Below, piece after piece: positions 34,446 to 44,158 of a DNA stretch of 64,000 bases. The notes under the pieces were generated by a model. The model worked only from the letters and a program-made list of their open reading frames with translations. It was not told the origin of the DNA and did no database searches. Position 1 is the first letter of the stretch. Each line of letters starts with the position of its first letter. Source of the DNA: a virus. Lineage: Duplodnaviria > Caudoviricetes. Where the stretch lies: positions 32,001-96,000 of IMG/VR virus record IMGVR_UViG_2595698517_000001. One strand, written 5' to 3'. The position numbers and the translations under genes were made by a program.

Positions 34446-35162
34446 TTAGAAATCAATTCCCGCTGTTTTTAATGCGGTAGAAATACGTTTTTCCTCGTCT
34501 GTTAGATCAAGGTTTTCATAGAAGATACGTTCAGATTCCTCCATATCACTGAATAACTCATCGTGTTTTTCTTCAGGTACATATTTCATGATTACTTCCA
34601 TCATAGCAGATTCACGAGCTTGTTGTCGTAGTTTAAGCTCACGTAGTCCTGCAATCGATAAGCCGCTTAATTGGTTGTTTGTAATCTTCGCTCTTAGTTC
34701 GATCGCTTTCATAGCTAACGGTGTATCTACAACTTCGAATGCTTTTAATCCTTTCATTCCTTTTTCAATTACCATGTCCAGGAACTCTAGGTCACTGAAT
34801 ACTTTATCAATCTTTGTCATGTCTGTAACAGAAGCTGCATGTGCGATCTCTGCGTCTTCCTCGTCTTTCTTCTGTCTAAACATATCTACTTGTTTATTAG
34901 AAATATATGTAACGTTATCCTTTGCTCGTTTATCAAGTAATTGAAGTAATGGTACACCTTTATCAATTGCTTCTTCACGTTTCTTCTTATAGTTAGTAAG
35001 GGAAGCTTTTGAAATGCTTAGTCCGTTCTCCTTACAGAAGTCAATAATGTAATCATATGTTTGTCCCTCATCGAGCATGTTATCTACTTTCGTGCATAAC
35101 TTACGGTTCTTGTACAATTGAACTAGCACACTGCTAGAACTCATTTTCTTTTTATCAGCCAT
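34446..35162 (-). CDS. conserved HTH protein, DUF3486/Mu gp27-like N-terminus
   Basis: VDNMLDEGQTYDYIIDFCKENGLSISKASLTNY pattern. Confidence 0.6.
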   Translation of the reverse strand: MADKKKMSSSSVLVQLYKNRKLCTKVDNMLDEGQTYDYIIDFCKENGLSISKASLTNYKKKREEAIDKGVPLLQLLDKRAKDNVTYISNKQVDMFRQKKDEEDAEIAHAASVTDMTKIDKVFSDLEFLDMVIEKGMKGLKAFEVVDTPLAMKAIELRAKITNNQLSGLSIAGLRELKLRQQARESAMMEVIMKYVPEEKHDELFSDMEESERIFYENLDLTDEEKRISTALKTAGIDF

Positions 35163-35468
35163 TTTAAATACCAACCCTTTCAAATATAGTCACTTCTTAA
35201 ATAGGGGAAACTCCCTCATAAAAGCCTGTGTATCAGCGTTCTACGTATAATATAGTAAATCATTCGGTATATTTTAAATTTTTCGTAAATAGTTTAAAAA
35301 CTCCACTAAGTACAGTGCTTTTTTAACGTTTAAGAAGTGAGAATATAGTGAACAAAGTCATATCGTTTAAGATTGGTACCTATAACCCAGTACAAAGTAT
35401 TCGTAACTTTTACACTAAGTAGTGTGTTTTTTGTTAATTTGTATACAGCAAAAAAGCCTTAAATATAA

Positions 35469-35496
35469 GAAAAAGCTAGAGGATAATCCCCTAGCT
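35469..35496 (-). terminator. intrinsic terminator
   Basis: AGCTAG stem plus T-run. Confidence 0.65.
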
Positions 35497-36350
35497 TACG
35501 GTTCCATAATAATTTTAACTTGCCCGCTATCACTTATAAGGTCTAGTCGGAACTGACCTTCTTTTAAATGATTAGACATTCGTAATGTACCTTGTGATAT
35601 AACTTCTTGCTTCACTTTAATATATCCACCTACTGAAGTGAATACCGCATCTCCGTAATCGTTTGTGTATGCAGAGATCATAGAAAGAAGCGGATATATC
35701 TGAGTAGCAGCTACTGGGCTGTCAAACTCTACAGCCAGGATCGCTTTACCTGTGATATTCTCATCCAGGACTAATTTAAGGATGGAACGCTTATCTCCAT
35801 TCGTGAACGTTTTACCATAGAAATGTGAGAAGAAGTTCATCTTATCTGCTTGTCCAAATAATAGTTTAACCTGTTGAGTAAACTTATCGTCAAACTGACT
35901 TAACTCATAGTCAATTGTAACTAGGGTAAAGGGTACACCTGCAATGTCAAATGACACATATGTAATCTTCGGTTCTTTCATTACTAACACTAAGTCTACC
36001 GTATGTAAGGACTTCGTAGCTGAGATTGGTTCAGCAACTGGTAGTTCGTTTTGCTTACCTTCCTCGGCAAACCGTGGAATATCCCCTGCTTTGTATTTAA
36101 TGAACTCATCTAATGTGTTTTCTAACTCGAAGATACCTGGGCTTTCTACTCGTGTAGAGATCGTTAACTTCATTGTACCTTCTTCAATGTTAATTTCGTC
36201 AGATAATACATGAGAGCGGCTTAAGTAGCGGTCACTGAAATGGTCATTCGTATAGAATACACCGTGTACCTTCTTCGTTTTATCTTCTAATAGCTCCTTT
36301 AACATTCCTAATGAACCGTGTTTTCGTTTTGCTGCTACATATTCTGTCAT
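35496..36350 (-). CDS. conserved hypothetical protein
   Basis: GAGGAGG RBS before ATG 36350. Confidence 0.75.
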   Translation of the reverse strand: MTEYVAAKRKHGSLGMLKELLEDKTKKVHGVFYTNDHFSDRYLSRSHVLSDEINIEEGTMKLTISTRVESPGIFELENTLDEFIKYKAGDIPRFAEEGKQNELPVAEPISATKSLHTVDLVLVMKEPKITYVSFDIAGVPFTLVTIDYELSQFDDKFTQQVKLLFGQADKMNFFSHFYGKTFTNGDKRSILKLVLDENITGKAILAVEFDSPVAATQIYPLLSMISAYTNDYGDAVFTSVGGYIKVKQEVISQGTLRMSNHLKEGQFRLDLISDSGQVKIIMEP

Positions 36351-36586
36351 TACTTTTCCTCCTCTTTTAACTCTATTCTTTTTGGTGTAAATCGTTGAAT
36401 TGTTACTCCTGGGTGTCCGTCTACATTTGTTTCTGTATCCCATGAGATGACTTCCAGTGTCTCGGGATCACCACCATGCTCTACTACCCAGTCATAAAGC
36501 ATTTTACTTCCATACTCCACTATGTAGTCATTTACAGCTCTTTCAAGATTCTGAGCTGCTATTTGCAATCGGTCTTCATGCTCCAC
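36350..36586 (-). CDS. hypothetical protein
   Basis: coupled ORF. Confidence 0.65.
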   Translation of the reverse strand: MEHEDRLQIAAQNLERAVNDYIVEYGSKMLYDWVVEHGGDPETLEVISWDTETNVDGHPGVTIQRFTPKRIELKEEEK

Positions 36587-37113
36587 TATTTTTTTCCTCC
36601 CTTACGTGAATTATAAGATTGTCGTTTCGTTTGACTAATTTGACTTGTAGTTTTCTTCTTGAAACTACCACTTCTACTATAAGACTTCTTAGGCGGCTTT
36701 AGAGCGGCTTTCTTCTCCTGGAATACAAATACAAGGAGATTGTTCTTCCAAAGGCGCTGTGTGCGAATAGAACACTTTCCGTAGATGTCTTTCCCTACCT
36801 TAACATAAAACACCTCATCTCGACTGGTTAGAGTCGGATTTGGAGCCTTTTTCGGCTTGAGGATGAGCATATCACCAGGAACTCCTATGTAGTCTGCTAG
36901 AAGGTCTTTCATATATGTAAGTCTTAGCTCTACATCCTTCTCAGTCATCTTCTCGTATACATGGCTGAACGCTATCCTGTAGTGACCTTTGGTGCTCTGC
37001 TTGGACTTCTTGAAAGCGTCTGCTCCGTTAGAGTTAATGTTATTAGTCCCTGTACCCCTAGCACCGACTCCTCGTGAAATCGATCGCTGCACTGAAGTAG
37101 GTTTCTTATGCAC
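36586..37113 (-). CDS. basic conserved hypothetical protein
   Basis: GAGG RBS; late-promoter-like TATTATATTA at 37131-37140. Confidence 0.75.
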   Translation of the reverse strand: MHKKPTSVQRSISRGVGARGTGTNNINSNGADAFKKSKQSTKGHYRIAFSHVYEKMTEKDVELRLTYMKDLLADYIGVPGDMLILKPKKAPNPTLTSRDEVFYVKVGKDIYGKCSIRTQRLWKNNLLVFVFQEKKAALKPPKKSYSRSGSFKKKTTSQISQTKRQSYNSRKGGKK

Positions 37114-37206
37114 TGTATCACCTCTCTAACTAATATAATAAAGGGTTACACCCGAAGATGCAACCCTAAAAGTCAACAATATTTATTATATGATTAATTT
37201 TTGCTT

Positions 37207-37764
37207 TTATATCGTTTCAAGAGTTAAGCCTTCAATAGCATTCACAGCCTGAAGAATCTTTTCTCTATTCGTTTGTCTTACTTCAATCTCTCTATCTAAA
37301 CGGTTAAGCTCATTTCTTAACTGACGTAGTAAACTAGAACGGTTCTCTGTAACACTAACTTCCGCATCAGGTGTATGGTTAACTGTTACTTGCTGCTGTA
37401 AGATATACTCACTAGCTGCATCCATAAATTTAGCGAACTCTTTCTTGTATTCTTTATTCTCTCTGAATCGTTTATTTAGAGCGTCCAACATGCTCCAAGA
37501 TATGATCGCTGCTCGTGTTCCCTGGAAATCTTCTGCATGGAATAACGGGTTATCTTTGTTCTCCTGGATAATATTCTTTAACTGCGCTTCTCCTCTGAAT
37601 GCAATGTACTTAGTACCGTCCGTCTTAACTGTGAAAGTTCTAACTGCCGATTTAACCGAAGCACTATCCGAATAACCTTCTGTACTACGAGTTAAAGTAT
37701 AATCCGCTAATGTGAACCAATATTCTCCTGCATACTTCACTAAACTTAATGGTTTGACTGTCAT
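37207..37764 (-). CDS. hypothetical protein, possibly DNA-binding
   Basis: own promoter TGGACT-17-TATTAT at 37857-37885; C-terminal coiled coil. Confidence 0.75.
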   Translation of the reverse strand: MTVKPLSLVKYAGEYWFTLADYTLTRSTEGYSDSASVKSAVRTFTVKTDGTKYIAFRGEAQLKNIIQENKDNPLFHAEDFQGTRAAIISWSMLDALNKRFRENKEYKKEFAKFMDAASEYILQQQVTVNHTPDAEVSVTENRSSLLRQLRNELNRLDREIEVRQTNREKILQAVNAIEGLTLETI

Positions 37765-37895
37765 ATCAAATTCCTCCTTGTGATTGTCTCTTTTTCCTAC
37801 TCCAACCCTCTGAGGTCTATTTGAGGATAGAACTTTAAGTATCTATCTGTATCCTCATAATAGCATATCCCAGTAGGAAAGTCCATTTCCACATT

Positions 37896-38609
37896 TTAGC
37901 TTTTCTTCCTAAAGTGGTAAAACTTCAACTGCTTCTCAGGGTGCATCTTTCCGCTAATAAAGATGTTACAGAGTAGTTTGTTAGCTTCAGCTTCTCCCAA
38001 ACGAGAAATTATCATACCTATCATTTGAGATTTTTTTAAATATTTTTTTGAAGCGTTAGATTGAACATACAGACCGTTTAACCCACCTGACCTGCTTTCT
38101 ACCATGTTTACACTGATCCCGAACTCTTCCAGTGTCTTCATTTGGCGTTTGAAGCTCCCTAAGATATTGCTGATTTCTTCCTTCCACAGCATCTGATATG
38201 CGGTGAATACTTTCTTAAAGGGTGACTGTGTAGCTGCCTTGTATAAACCCAGTATCGCTTCACCTCTAAACTCAGTATATGCAAGAATACCAACATGATT
38301 CCAATTATTTTTGGACAATATCGCTTCCACTTTTTCAACATGATTATCATGGCACATCACATAGACCCAATCACAGACTTGAGAATAGTTTGTAAGCTGC
38401 TTGTTTAACCTTCTAGTGCTATCCCTCTCGGTTTTAATCTCTATGCCTATGATGCCCTTCTCTCGGCTGAAAATAAGGCAGTCTGCGATCGTAGAACCTA
38501 CAGAGATTGCTTTCTCAAATAATACAGTGGTTTCGTCCGTGTTCGATACGAATAGATGTTGCTTATTCAGGATTAACTCCTTTATATCTTCTTCATAAAA
38601 TCGTTTCAT
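37896..38609 (-). CDS. PD-(D/E)XK nuclease, sce7726/MmcB-like
   Basis: IADC...IGIEIKTERDS..RL..QL..Y. Confidence 0.75.
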   Translation of the reverse strand: MKRFYEEDIKELILNKQHLFVSNTDETTVLFEKAISVGSTIADCLIFSREKGIIGIEIKTERDSTRRLNKQLTNYSQVCDWVYVMCHDNHVEKVEAILSKNNWNHVGILAYTEFRGEAILGLYKAATQSPFKKVFTAYQMLWKEEISNILGSFKRQMKTLEEFGISVNMVESRSGGLNGLYVQSNASKKYLKKSQMIGMIISRLGEAEANKLLCNIFISGKMHPEKQLKFYHFRKKS

Positions 38610-38665
38610 TATGTATACTCCCTTCTAACTAAAAGAGAATGCCTGTTACAGCATTCTCCTCTCTC

Positions 38666-39094
38666 CTATAGGCTAAGTAATCGTGTAATGTCGTCCGATG
38701 TATGTCCGTCCCAAGCAGGTGCAGCAGCTAATTCTTCTACTTCGAACTTGTCCCAATGGTCTTTATGGTAATGGTATGTAAATTGTCCTTGCGGTGTCTC
38801 AATACCTACAATAAAGTAGTCATCAAACATTGTACCGTCATCATGCTTCCAGGACTTCCAAGCCTTTTCTTTATGTAAGTTACAGATCACAGAGAATAGT
38901 ATCATACGGTGGTAATATAACTCATCGAATGTGTGGCTTCCGTCACTAATCTGCCCATTAGGAATATCGAATCGTACTTCATGTGGTACCCCTGATTCGT
39001 TTGTGCAATACTCTGCTTCACGGTATGCGTCTACAATATTATCGAATCCACCTACCATAAGTTCACCGCTTAAAAATACACCAAATTTAGTCAT
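38666..39094 (-). CDS. WDGH-domain protein
   Basis: ISDGSHTFDELYYHR...AWKS..HDDG...TYHY...APAWDGHT. Confidence 0.75.
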   Translation of the reverse strand: MTKFGVFLSGELMVGGFDNIVDAYREAEYCTNESGVPHEVRFDIPNGQISDGSHTFDELYYHRMILFSVICNLHKEKAWKSWKHDDGTMFDDYFIVGIETPQGQFTYHYHKDHWDKFEVEELAAAPAWDGHTSDDITRLLSL

Positions 39095-39291
39095 TATTTT
39101 CGCTCCTTAAATTTTTCTATTAGGTCTTTGAACAACGGGTTAAACTTTATCATAACTACAGTACATAGTGCTAAGGATACTAAATGAAAAGGCTTAACCT
39201 CTTCAGCACCTGTGATTAAGTTTAATACAACACCTACAGCTAGTCCAACAGTAGAAGCTATTTGGAAAGCCCACAACACACCAATACCCAT
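39094..39291 (-). CDS. small membrane protein
   Basis: two hydrophobic helices. Confidence 0.6.
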   Translation of the reverse strand: MGIGVLWAFQIASTVGLAVGVVLNLITGAEEVKPFHLVSLALCTVVMIKFNPLFKDLIEKFKERK

Positions 39292-39292
39292 G

Positions 39293-39727
39293 TTATCCTC
39301 TCCTACGCTGTGATTTTTTCTTCTTAAAGAACTTACTTTTCTGTAAGCTACGCTCTTTACGTTTGTAGCTAATTAACTCTTCAACTGTACCAAGGTAAGC
39401 TATCGGGGTACCGTCATGAACTTCCCCATGTTCATTATGTCCATATGTGGTACCCCAATATAGCCTACATCCATTACATGTTGTCCAGGATTCTACAGCA
39501 TAGTGCCCCTCATAGTAAGTATCTGAGAACATTCTAGATTTACATGCAGGGCATTCATGCCTATTCGATGTTTTTCTGTTTTTTGACATCCCTAGCTCTT
39601 TTGCTAGTCTAGCTACCTTGAAATAATGTGCCAGTGCTGCACTAATTAGAAATATATCACCATCATGCTCCTTAGTATGTTTCATAGCATATCGTCTAGT
39701 TAGTTGTTTGCTCCGTGGTGATCTCAT
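39293..39727 (-). CDS. zinc-ribbon hypothetical protein
   Basis: CPAC...CNGC. Confidence 0.7.
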   Translation of the reverse strand: MRSPRSKQLTRRYAMKHTKEHDGDIFLISAALAHYFKVARLAKELGMSKNRKTSNRHECPACKSRMFSDTYYEGHYAVESWTTCNGCRLYWGTTYGHNEHGEVHDGTPIAYLGTVEELISYKRKERSLQKSKFFKKKKSQRRRG

Positions 39728-40002
39728 TATTTTTCCTCCTCAATGTCTCGTACATGCTCTGATAAGAATATGTAAGGTTTGGTACGTAAGAAGTCGTCCT
39801 TTTTAGGTAGATAGATTGTAACGTCAGGATAATTCTGAGCAACCCATGCACCTTCCTTATCGCTTAATTCCCAGGTAGACCATCTAAGCGTACTTTCTGA
39901 CCAACCATCTTCCATTAACTCTGCAATGGTTGCTATCATTTCAACTCGGGTATTGTGTGCAACTCGGATTACTTCTTGCTTTCTACGACCAATGATATGC
40001 AT
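39727..40002 (-). CDS. hypothetical protein
   Basis: coupled ORF. Confidence 0.7.
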   Translation of the reverse strand: MHIIGRRKQEVIRVAHNTRVEMIATIAELMEDGWSESTLRWSTWELSDKEGAWVAQNYPDVTIYLPKKDDFLRTKPYIFLSEHVRDIEEEK

Positions 40003-40003
40003 A

Positions 40004-40477
40004 CTACTTGCCCTCCTTGGCTAGACTTCCTTTTTTCATAAATGTTTTGAAACAAGTAGAGTTACAGAATTGCGGACTATCTGAAGGGTATGCATATTTT
40101 ACTTCTTCGGCTCTGCCACATTGTTTGCATTTTATAGGTGGTAAGTCCCACCATGCGTGAAACCTAACCTCGTTATCATGGAATTTATCATTTGTACGAA
40201 TGTCAATACCGTCTAGTGTATATTTACCAAATGGGTATACAGGGTGGTACTTCACCTTATTCTTGAGTACTGTACGAGCTAATAAAGGACTAACTTCGAT
40301 AAGATGCGGTTTTGCAGGAAAGTGTTTTCTATAATCAATTTGTTGCTGTACTCCTTTTTCCCTCTCTAGTTTAGCAACAGTTGCTTCTAGCTCTCGAATT
40401 CGCTCCCGATACTGCATTTCCTTATCTTCGTATTTTTTAATGACAGCGTAATGTCTCTTGTTAGATACGAATAACAT
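40004..40477 (-). CDS. hypothetical protein with coiled coil and CKQC...FC...C motif
   Basis: motifs visible in translation. Confidence 0.7.
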   Translation of the reverse strand: MLFVSNKRHYAVIKKYEDKEMQYRERIRELEATVAKLEREKGVQQQIDYRKHFPAKPHLIEVSPLLARTVLKNKVKYHPVYPFGKYTLDGIDIRTNDKFHDNEVRFHAWWDLPPIKCKQCGRAEEVKYAYPSDSPQFCNSTCFKTFMKKGSLAKEGK

Positions 40478-40478
40478 G

Positions 40479-40850
40479 TTATTTCCCCTCCTTTACCTCA
40501 CGCTCATGCACTGTATAAACTTTCATACCTTGAATCTTAACCTTTAACTTATCTGACCAACCTTGCCTACGTAACTTAGGTAAGGCTTCATTCATTGCCT
40601 TAATACTAGCGTGCTCTACTTCAATGAACTGTTTCGACTGCTCGTTAACAATCTTAATGTCTTTTGCTTCTAATTTAACGATCATAGCTTCCCGAGCAGC
40701 AACTGTTGCCTTTAAGTCGTCTATTTGTCTCTTTAGCTGTGTTATCCTTTCGTCTCTATACTGTACACCTGATTCAAAATAACATTTTTCACTCTGTTCA
40801 TTTTGAAATCTAGCTTCCAGGAGTCTATACTTAGATTTACGTACAAACAT
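40479..40850 (-). CDS. coiled-coil hypothetical protein
   Basis: GGAGG RBS. Confidence 0.7.
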   Translation of the reverse strand: MFVRKSKYRLLEARFQNEQSEKCYFESGVQYRDERITQLKRQIDDLKATVAAREAMIVKLEAKDIKIVNEQSKQFIEVEHASIKAMNEALPKLRRQGWSDKLKVKIQGMKVYTVHEREVKEGK

Positions 40851-41243
40851 CTATTTCTCCTCCTCGATCACTTCTTCTTCCTCAATGTTGTTTTCGTTAA
40901 TGCGACTATATAACACAATCATATTCATTACTACTAGAACTCCGTAGATAATACCGTTAACCCAGTCGTGTGTCCATAACATGTAAGCTGCATATACTGC
41001 CATCCCAAGGCTGTATACAAATAAGAAAGTAGCGAATTTTTTATATACTTTAAATTGTACTTGCATCGTAAGACTACAAATTATGTATATGGTGCTAAAT
41101 GCAAATGATAATGTACTTACCCATTCCTGGAATAGTAGTCCCGATATAACACATAGAGTGTCTACCCCAATTAGGATCGGGATAATCCACTTTGCCATAA
41201 TCTTGTTATTCTCGAAGTCAATGTTATTCAATATCTTGTTCAT
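40851..41243 (-). CDS. four-TM membrane protein
   Basis: hydropathy pattern. Confidence 0.7.
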   Translation of the reverse strand: MNKILNNIDFENNKIMAKWIIPILIGVDTLCVISGLLFQEWVSTLSFAFSTIYIICSLTMQVQFKVYKKFATFLFVYSLGMAVYAAYMLWTHDWVNGIIYGVLVVMNMIVLYSRINENNIEEEEVIEEEK

Positions 41244-41855
41244 TTACTTGCCCTCCTTGTAATATGTACCTAATGGGTTATTCTTACTGTTATTGTCGCC
41301 TGTTAGATCAAAGAAACCATCGTTTTGATTGTGGTTGATTAGAGCCTTAACCAGGGAGTCTAACGGGATGCTAGTCTTCTCTTCCCACTCAATAGAAGAT
41401 AGACCAATAAATACGCCTGTATTCTTCCCTCGGATAATCTTTCTTTCTCCACCTTCAGTAGTTAAACGGTCAGGCTCTCTTTCAAAGAATCCGTCTTCTA
41501 CTTGCTTTGTAAAGGTTGAAATCTGACCTGAGACGATTGGAGCTACAAATAGTGGCGGCTCTTCTTCCCACCCTATAACCCTTTTAGCAGGGAATAGCGC
41601 ATTTGCTATTTGTGCTAATCTAGTTGTACCGTTAAAGCGTCCTACGAACCCTTCCTTCTGCATGGCACGTTTCTTAGGGTACTTATCTGTTCCTGGATGA
41701 ACAGCGTATACTGCTGCGTATAGAGCTGTATGCGGCTCTTTAACAAGTTCCACAATATAGTGTGGTTTATTGTCTACAAGCAGTACACCTTTACGATGGT
41801 AGGCTAGGTCACTACCTGAAATGTTAATCAGTTCTTCTCTGCTCATTTGGTGCAT
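41244..41855 (-). CDS. conserved hypothetical protein
   Basis: ORF with RBS. Confidence 0.75.
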   Translation of the reverse strand: MHQMSREELINISGSDLAYHRKGVLLVDNKPHYIVELVKEPHTALYAAVYAVHPGTDKYPKKRAMQKEGFVGRFNGTTRLAQIANALFPAKRVIGWEEEPPLFVAPIVSGQISTFTKQVEDGFFEREPDRLTTEGGERKIIRGKNTGVFIGLSSIEWEEKTSIPLDSLVKALINHNQNDGFFDLTGDNNSKNNPLGTYYKEGK

Positions 41856-41997
41856 CTGTTACCTTCCTTTCTTCTTGCTGCTTCTCAATCTCTCTACATA
41901 TGATACAGCAATGTAGATCACAGAAATCTACTTTTGTGAACATTCGTAACTCTTCCCCACATTGCTTGCAGCGTTTACGTCTAAATGGATTCCACAT
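41824..41997 (-). CDS. 57-aa Cys-rich protein (not in ORF track)
   Basis: MWNPFRRKRCKQCG...FCDLHCCIIC; AGGAGG RBS. Confidence 0.6.
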   Translation of the reverse strand: MWNPFRRKRCKQCGEELRMFTKVDFCDLHCCIICREIEKQQEERKVTDAPNEQRRTD

Positions 41998-42008
41998 ACT
42001 GTTTCCTC

Positions 42009-42254
42009 CTAACGATACTCAATTGAAGGCTTTGACGTATCTACATCCAACATGATAGCTTTAACTTTGTGCTCCCACTCTGCTATTTTAAAAGTAGGTA
42101 AGTAGCCCTGGTGAACACATTCACCGTCTACGAATAAAGCTCGTCCAAAACGCATAACCTTATTATACTCGATATGGTATTCTAGGTGGGCGGGATGAAC
42201 CACGTTAATAACGTAGCTCCCATTCGAATACACCCCTATTGTAACGTGATTCAT
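42009..42254 (-). CDS. hypothetical protein
   Basis: ORF in operon. Confidence 0.7.
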   Translation of the reverse strand: MNHVTIGVYSNGSYVINVVHPAHLEYHIEYNKVMRFGRALFVDGECVHQGYLPTFKIAEWEHKVKAIMLDVDTSKPSIEYR

Positions 42255-42261
42255 ATTACCC

Positions 42262-42591
42262 CTACTCTCTAATAATGATGTTTATGTACTCGTAAATGTT
42301 AACCACGTTTACTCCCTGTGGTGCAGGTATATAGTACGATCTCTCAAAGCTTCTGTAATCGTTTTGTACTTCTGCATATATCTCTGTATCAGTTACAAAG
42401 ATACGGAGCGTATGATCCCCATTTCGTGGGTCATCTGTATCTAATCGTAAGCAAGGAGCGTGTAAGTTTTTAACTTCACTCACACATGTCTCCTCACCAT
42501 AGAATCGAGGTGATAACTTGTCCACATAGAAACCATTACGAAGTAGATACCATTCAAGCTGCATATCATCCAGGACTCTATCTTGGCTCAT
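42262..42591 (-). CDS. hypothetical protein
   Basis: ORF in operon. Confidence 0.7.
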   Translation of the reverse strand: MSQDRVLDDMQLEWYLLRNGFYVDKLSPRFYGEETCVSEVKNLHAPCLRLDTDDPRNGDHTLRIFVTDTEIYAEVQNDYRSFERSYYIPAPQGVNVVNIYEYINIIIRE

Positions 42592-42760
42592 TGTCTTTCC
42601 TCTCTTTCTGTTTTTTCATAACTGCATGTACTGAATCTTCAATAGACTTCATATACTTTAGTATATATTGGTCTCCTAGCCCTTTAGCAGTGTTTTCCAT
42701 TGCCCGCCAGTATACAGATTCTAATGCCCGCTTGCTGAGTTCCTTAGGCTCCATGTACAT
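42578..42760 (-). CDS. hypothetical protein
   Basis: ORF in operon. Confidence 0.6.
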   Translation of the reverse strand: MYMEPKELSKRALESVYWRAMENTAKGLGDQYILKYMKSIEDSVHAVMKKQKERKDNEPR

Positions 42761-42769
42761 CCTTCTTTC

Positions 42770-43282
42770 TTAAGATATGATTTTGAACTTGTCAGGTTCA
42801 TAGGCATAACGTGTATCCAGGTCGTCTCCTTCAAAGCCGATCATATAGATGTCTTGCTTATGAGGAGTCATATGAGCAGGTAAGAAGCCTTCAACATAAC
42901 CTTCTTTGAAGAAGTGGTCTGTATCTTCATATCTACCCTTTTCCAGGATAACAACCTTAGTACCGTCTTTAATCTTTTGGAATCTACCTTTAGTCCAGTA
43001 GTCCTTCACCTTTTTAATACTTTCCTTAATAAAATAAAACAACATAAGTATAGGAGAAAATAAGACTATAAGAGGGTACATGATGTAGTTAAATGCCTTA
43101 TCTCCCATCTGTTCTTTCATTTTAACCATATCTTTTACATCTTCCCAGTCATCGTCTTCAATTTCTTTGTAGCGCCCCTCGTTGTACAGGTGTAACTGCT
43201 CGTCCACTGCGTTCATTACCTTCTTCGAAAAGTATACCCCCGCTGCAAGATACAGCAGGGTGCATATCATAAATACTGACAT
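42770..43282 (-). CDS. membrane protein
   Basis: two TM segments. Confidence 0.7.
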   Translation of the reverse strand: MSVFMICTLLYLAAGVYFSKKVMNAVDEQLHLYNEGRYKEIEDDDWEDVKDMVKMKEQMGDKAFNYIMYPLIVLFSPILMLFYFIKESIKKVKDYWTKGRFQKIKDGTKVVILEKGRYEDTDHFFKEGYVEGFLPAHMTPHKQDIYMIGFEGDDLDTRYAYEPDKFKIIS

Positions 43283-43560
43283 TAATGCACCATCCTTACT
43301 TCAAATTCAGTAGTTACTGTTATATCTACTTCACAAACATGACCATCAAGATATTTACAAGCGTCCTGGATATTATTGATTCTAACATTTCCATAAACAC
43401 CTAAGTACTTCGGTACATCCTTATCGTTACGGAAGTTATAGGCTTGCATTGGATCGTCTGTGAAATCAAAGTTTTTCTCCTCCCAGTCTTCCCACACATC
43501 CCTAAGGTAACCGTTAGGAGTAAAGATAACTGTTTTTGAGCTCTTTGTCATACGCTTCAT
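43282..43560 (-). CDS. hypothetical protein
   Basis: GGAGG RBS before ATG 43560. Confidence 0.7.
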   Translation of the reverse strand: MKRMTKSSKTVIFTPNGYLRDVWEDWEEKNFDFTDDPMQAYNFRNDKDVPKYLGVYGNVRINNIQDACKYLDGHVCEVDITVTTEFEVRMVH

Positions 43561-43793
43561 TTTTTCACCTCCCATTCCTTAACTTCATAATCGCCTTCTT
43601 CGATTTCGTGACCTTGCCCGTCATCATCTACTACAGTGATTGTACCGTTTTCCTTGTAGATTTCATAAACCATTTCATCATCCCACAACGTATCGTAGAG
43701 CTTATTCTTTCTCAACCCTACTTCATACAACGGTTTAAATGTTTTACTCCTAATAAACTTAACTCTTGCAGGTCTCATTCCAGGTCTTCTCAT
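43557..43793 (-). CDS. hypothetical protein
   Basis: ORF with RBS. Confidence 0.65.
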   Translation of the reverse strand: MRRPGMRPARVKFIRSKTFKPLYEVGLRKNKLYDTLWDDEMVYEIYKENGTITVVDDDGQGHEIEEGDYEVKEWEVKK

Positions 43794-43813
43794 ACTAGCT
43801 CCCCCTCTTTAGC

Positions 43814-44137
43814 TTAGTTAATTACATCAGAACCACTTTCTAAGAGCTCCACCTCATCGATAAAGATAATATCTACAGACCTTTCGGTTTTATTCTGCTG
43901 AAGCCATAGACACATACTGTTTATACCGATCACGGTACCTGTATATTTCCTTGGTTTATCTCCACCGATATAGGTTACTCTAACTTTATCTCCTTTCTGA
44001 AGACCTAAGTTATTGAAGCGTTCCTTACACTTTTCATAGCAGAATTTTCTAAACTCCTGGAATGACATCTTATCACGATACTCATTGAAAGAAACGTTAC
44101 AATACCAACTACCAGTACCAATCTCATATTTATTCAC
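43814..44137 (-). CDS. hypothetical protein
   Basis: ORF with RBS. Confidence 0.65.
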   Translation of the reverse strand: MNKYEIGTGSWYCNVSFNEYRDKMSFQEFRKFCYEKCKERFNNLGLQKGDKVRVTYIGGDKPRKYTGTVIGINSMCLWLQQNKTERSVDIIFIDEVELLESGSDVIN

Positions 44138-44158
44138 TTTAAATCCCCCTCTTGTTTA

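Noticed and set aside
35184-35495. tRNA or known structured RNA in the larger intergenic gaps
   Set aside because: No cloverleaf or T-loop (GTTCRA) context was recognisable here or in the other gaps; a tRNAscan/Infernal run would be needed to be certain.
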